Shown here: piece after piece, positions 22,858 to 24,420 of the stretch
Layout of the letters: every line of letters starts with the position of its first letter
Position numbering within the stretch: the first letter of the stretch is position 1
Source: a virus
Strand: one strand, 5' to 3'
IMG/VR virus record: IMGVR_UViG_3300048911_000270
Span: 65,064-89,483 of that record
DNA: 24,420 bases
The notes under the pieces: model-generated
What the model saw: only the letters and a program-made list of their open reading frames with translations
Database searches by the model: none
Told to the model about the DNA's origin: nothing
Translations under genes and position numbers: made by a program

Positions 22858-22919
22858 CACGAGGATGCCCGGACACAACAAAGGGGCGCAGCAACCGCCA
22901 CGCCCCTCGAAACAACCGC

Positions 22920-23159
22920 TCAGACGAACTTGCGGACCGCACCCTGGGGCAGGAACTCCGGCGAGACGACCCGACCAGAGGCCAGCCGTACGTCCACGAT
23001 CATCGGGTCCTTGTAGCCGTCCCGGGAGACCTTGTTGATCGCAACGACCGTGCCCCGCAGGAAACGATCGGCCCGGCGGTAGGAACCGTAGTCCCGGTAG
23101 CTGATCTCGTCGCCGACGGCGATGTCAGCGGGGGCGATGGTCTCGAAGGTCTCGTTCAT
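22920..23159 (-). CDS. small beta-barrel-like (SH3/KOW-like) hypothetical protein
   Basis: DIAVGDEISY...GTVVAI pattern; GAGGAG RBS after motif. Confidence 0.75.
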   Translation of the reverse strand: MNETFETIAPADIAVGDEISYRDYGSYRRADRFLRGTVVAINKVSRDGYKDPMIVDVRLASGRVVSPEFLPQGAVRKFV

Positions 23160-23183
23160 TGCAGTCTCCTCGGGTCGGTGTCT

Positions 23184-23201
23184 GATGTATCTACCCTAGC
23201 A
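23184..23201 (-). promoter_or_regulatory. 18-bp promoter/operator motif copy
   Basis: perfect match. Confidence 0.85.
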
Positions 23202-23539
23202 CACCGGAGAGCAAAAGAAAACCGGCCGATGCGAGTTGGCGCGCACCGACCGGTCAACACCCCGCTACACGGGGAACTACGCACCACGACCGTAGCAGTC
23301 ACCCCGCATACTCCAGGGCTCATCCGCTTCTTCCGCTTCGTGGAAATAGTTTTTCTCGTTACCCGGGGGTGTCACGGGTGCTCCACGAGGTATGGCCTCC
23401 ACTGGGGAGACCTAGTCGCTGATGGTAGGTGCACAGTGGTGTGCAGTTCAAGCCCTCTCACGCTTGTAATCCGGTTTCAGAATATGAGTACCCCTCGTAT
23501 GGAAGGGACCTCCCGCACGCTATACACCCCCACATGCAC

Positions 23540-23700
23540 GGATTACAGGGATTACGCAGGTCAGAGCGGATTACAACACGGATTACAAGTGGATTACACA
23601 GTGGATTACAAGCTCGTATGTGCCTGTCAGGGGTACCTTGGGGCTCGAAGTTGATCTTGTATTCTCGGTGTAATCCGGGCTGTAATCGCTGTTGTAACCC
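23540..23700. repeat. mirror-symmetric GGATTACA iteron-like array
   Basis: direct copies at 23540, 23549, 23568, 23580, 23591, 23603; inverted copies at 23658 (degenerate), 23669, 23681, 23693; one more inverted copy at 23465. Confidence 0.85.
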
Positions 23701-23717
23701 GCTCCGGGGTGACAGCC

Positions 23718-24110
23718 TCAGCGGGTCCTCTGGGGCGGTGTGTAGCTCTCATCGACCCATCCGGTGTTGGCGATGATCTTGGTGATGACGATCTTGCTGA
23801 CTCCGTAGCGGGCGGCGAGATCCTTCATGAGGACGTTGCCGAGGGCGTAGCGGCGGCGGATCCAGCGGACGTCGTCCCAGGAGAGTTTGGCGCTGTGCTG
23901 GCGCTCCCCTCGGGGTTGTCTTCCGCTCGTATCGGGCGGGGTGTATCCAGGGTCGGGGTAGGTCCGGTTACGGATCACGCGGCTTATTGTCATGTCCGTG
24001 ACACCGTATTTTCCGGCGAGGGAGCGGACGGTGGTGCCGTCCACGGTCGCGTACTCGCGGCGGATGCGGCGTACCTGCTCCTGGTCGAGTTTGGCTCCGG
24101 GACCGGGCAT
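23718..24110 (-). CDS. DNA-binding protein made only of two HNH-associated HTH-like repeats
   Basis: KL..EQVRRIRREY...LA.KYGV....I..VI..RTY.DP.YTPP twice; no nuclease domain. Confidence 0.8.
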   Translation of the reverse strand: MPGPGAKLDQEQVRRIRREYATVDGTTVRSLAGKYGVTDMTISRVIRNRTYPDPGYTPPDTSGRQPRGERQHSAKLSWDDVRWIRRRYALGNVLMKDLAARYGVSKIVITKIIANTGWVDESYTPPQRTR

Positions 24111-24420
24111 CAGCGGGCTCCTGGCGGGGTGTAGGCGGGGTCGATCCAGGTGAGGTTGCGGACGACGTCGCCGATCGCTTTCGGGGTCACTCCGTAGGCG
24201 TGTGCCAGTGCCCGCTGGGTGACGTCGGTCTCGGTGTACGTCACGCGGATCTCGCGCACCTTCTGCCAGTCGAGTACGGCACGGGGGCGGCGGGGCTCAG
24301 CGGGGGTTGTCGGCGGGGTGTAGCGGGGGTCTTGCCACGTGGTGTTGGACAGAACGTTGGACATGGCGCTGATGGATACGCCGTAGCTGTCGGCGAGGGC
24401 GGTGACGGTGACCCCTCCGG
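24110..24420 (-). CDS. HTH-like repeat protein, 5' end outside window
   Basis: frame open to the window end (GGVTVTALADSYGVSISAMSNVLSNTTWQDPRYTPP); same repeat. Confidence 0.8.
   Translation of the reverse strand, partial: GGVTVTALADSYGVSISAMSNVLSNTTWQDPRYTPPTTPAEPRRPRAVLDWQKVREIRVTYTETDVTQRALAHAYGVTPKAIGDVVRNLTWIDPAYTPPGAR

Noticed and set aside
253-23201. 18-bp repeat as a CRISPR array or integron attC array
   Set aside because: Copies are hundreds to thousands of bp apart, separated by whole genes and present in both orientations; no cas or integrase gene in the window and no attC-like R''/R' structure seen
23178-23776. ORFs 23178..23654 and 23429..23776
   Set aside because: No RBS, atypical codon usage, and they run through the GGATTACA array; the region is treated as non-coding

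Overview
High-GC window, most likely the accessory/early region of a large Streptomyces-type (actinobacterial) phage or giant plasmid. It contains about 65 mostly short genes in two convergent blocks: + strand to about 6250 and - strand from about 6300 to the end. No structural, integrase or polymerase genes are visible. The dominant feature is an 18-bp element, consensus TGCTAGGGTAGATACATC, found 26 times by eye. It usually sits right after a terminator hairpin and before a conserved GACACC..CCGAGGAGACCC leader/RBS, so the region is built from terminator-promoter-leader-gene cassettes. The element looks like an extended -10 promoter (TGnTAGGGT) fused to a GTA-GA-TAC palindromic operator. Recognisable proteins are two HNH endonucleases with C-terminal HTH-like repeats, two proteins made of the same repeat, a HicA-like toxin, a truncated Phd-type antitoxin domain, a RelA/SpoT-type HD hydrolase, GntR-like and XRE-like regulators, two degenerate serine-resolvase-like domains, a lipoprotein and several paralogous pairs. 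Unannotated candidates include a family of ~85-95 nt sRNAs, a cationic micropeptide pair and a mirror-symmetric GGATTACA repeat array at 23540-23700 (possible origin, partition or packaging site). Family assignments come from motif recognition only; no database searches were run.
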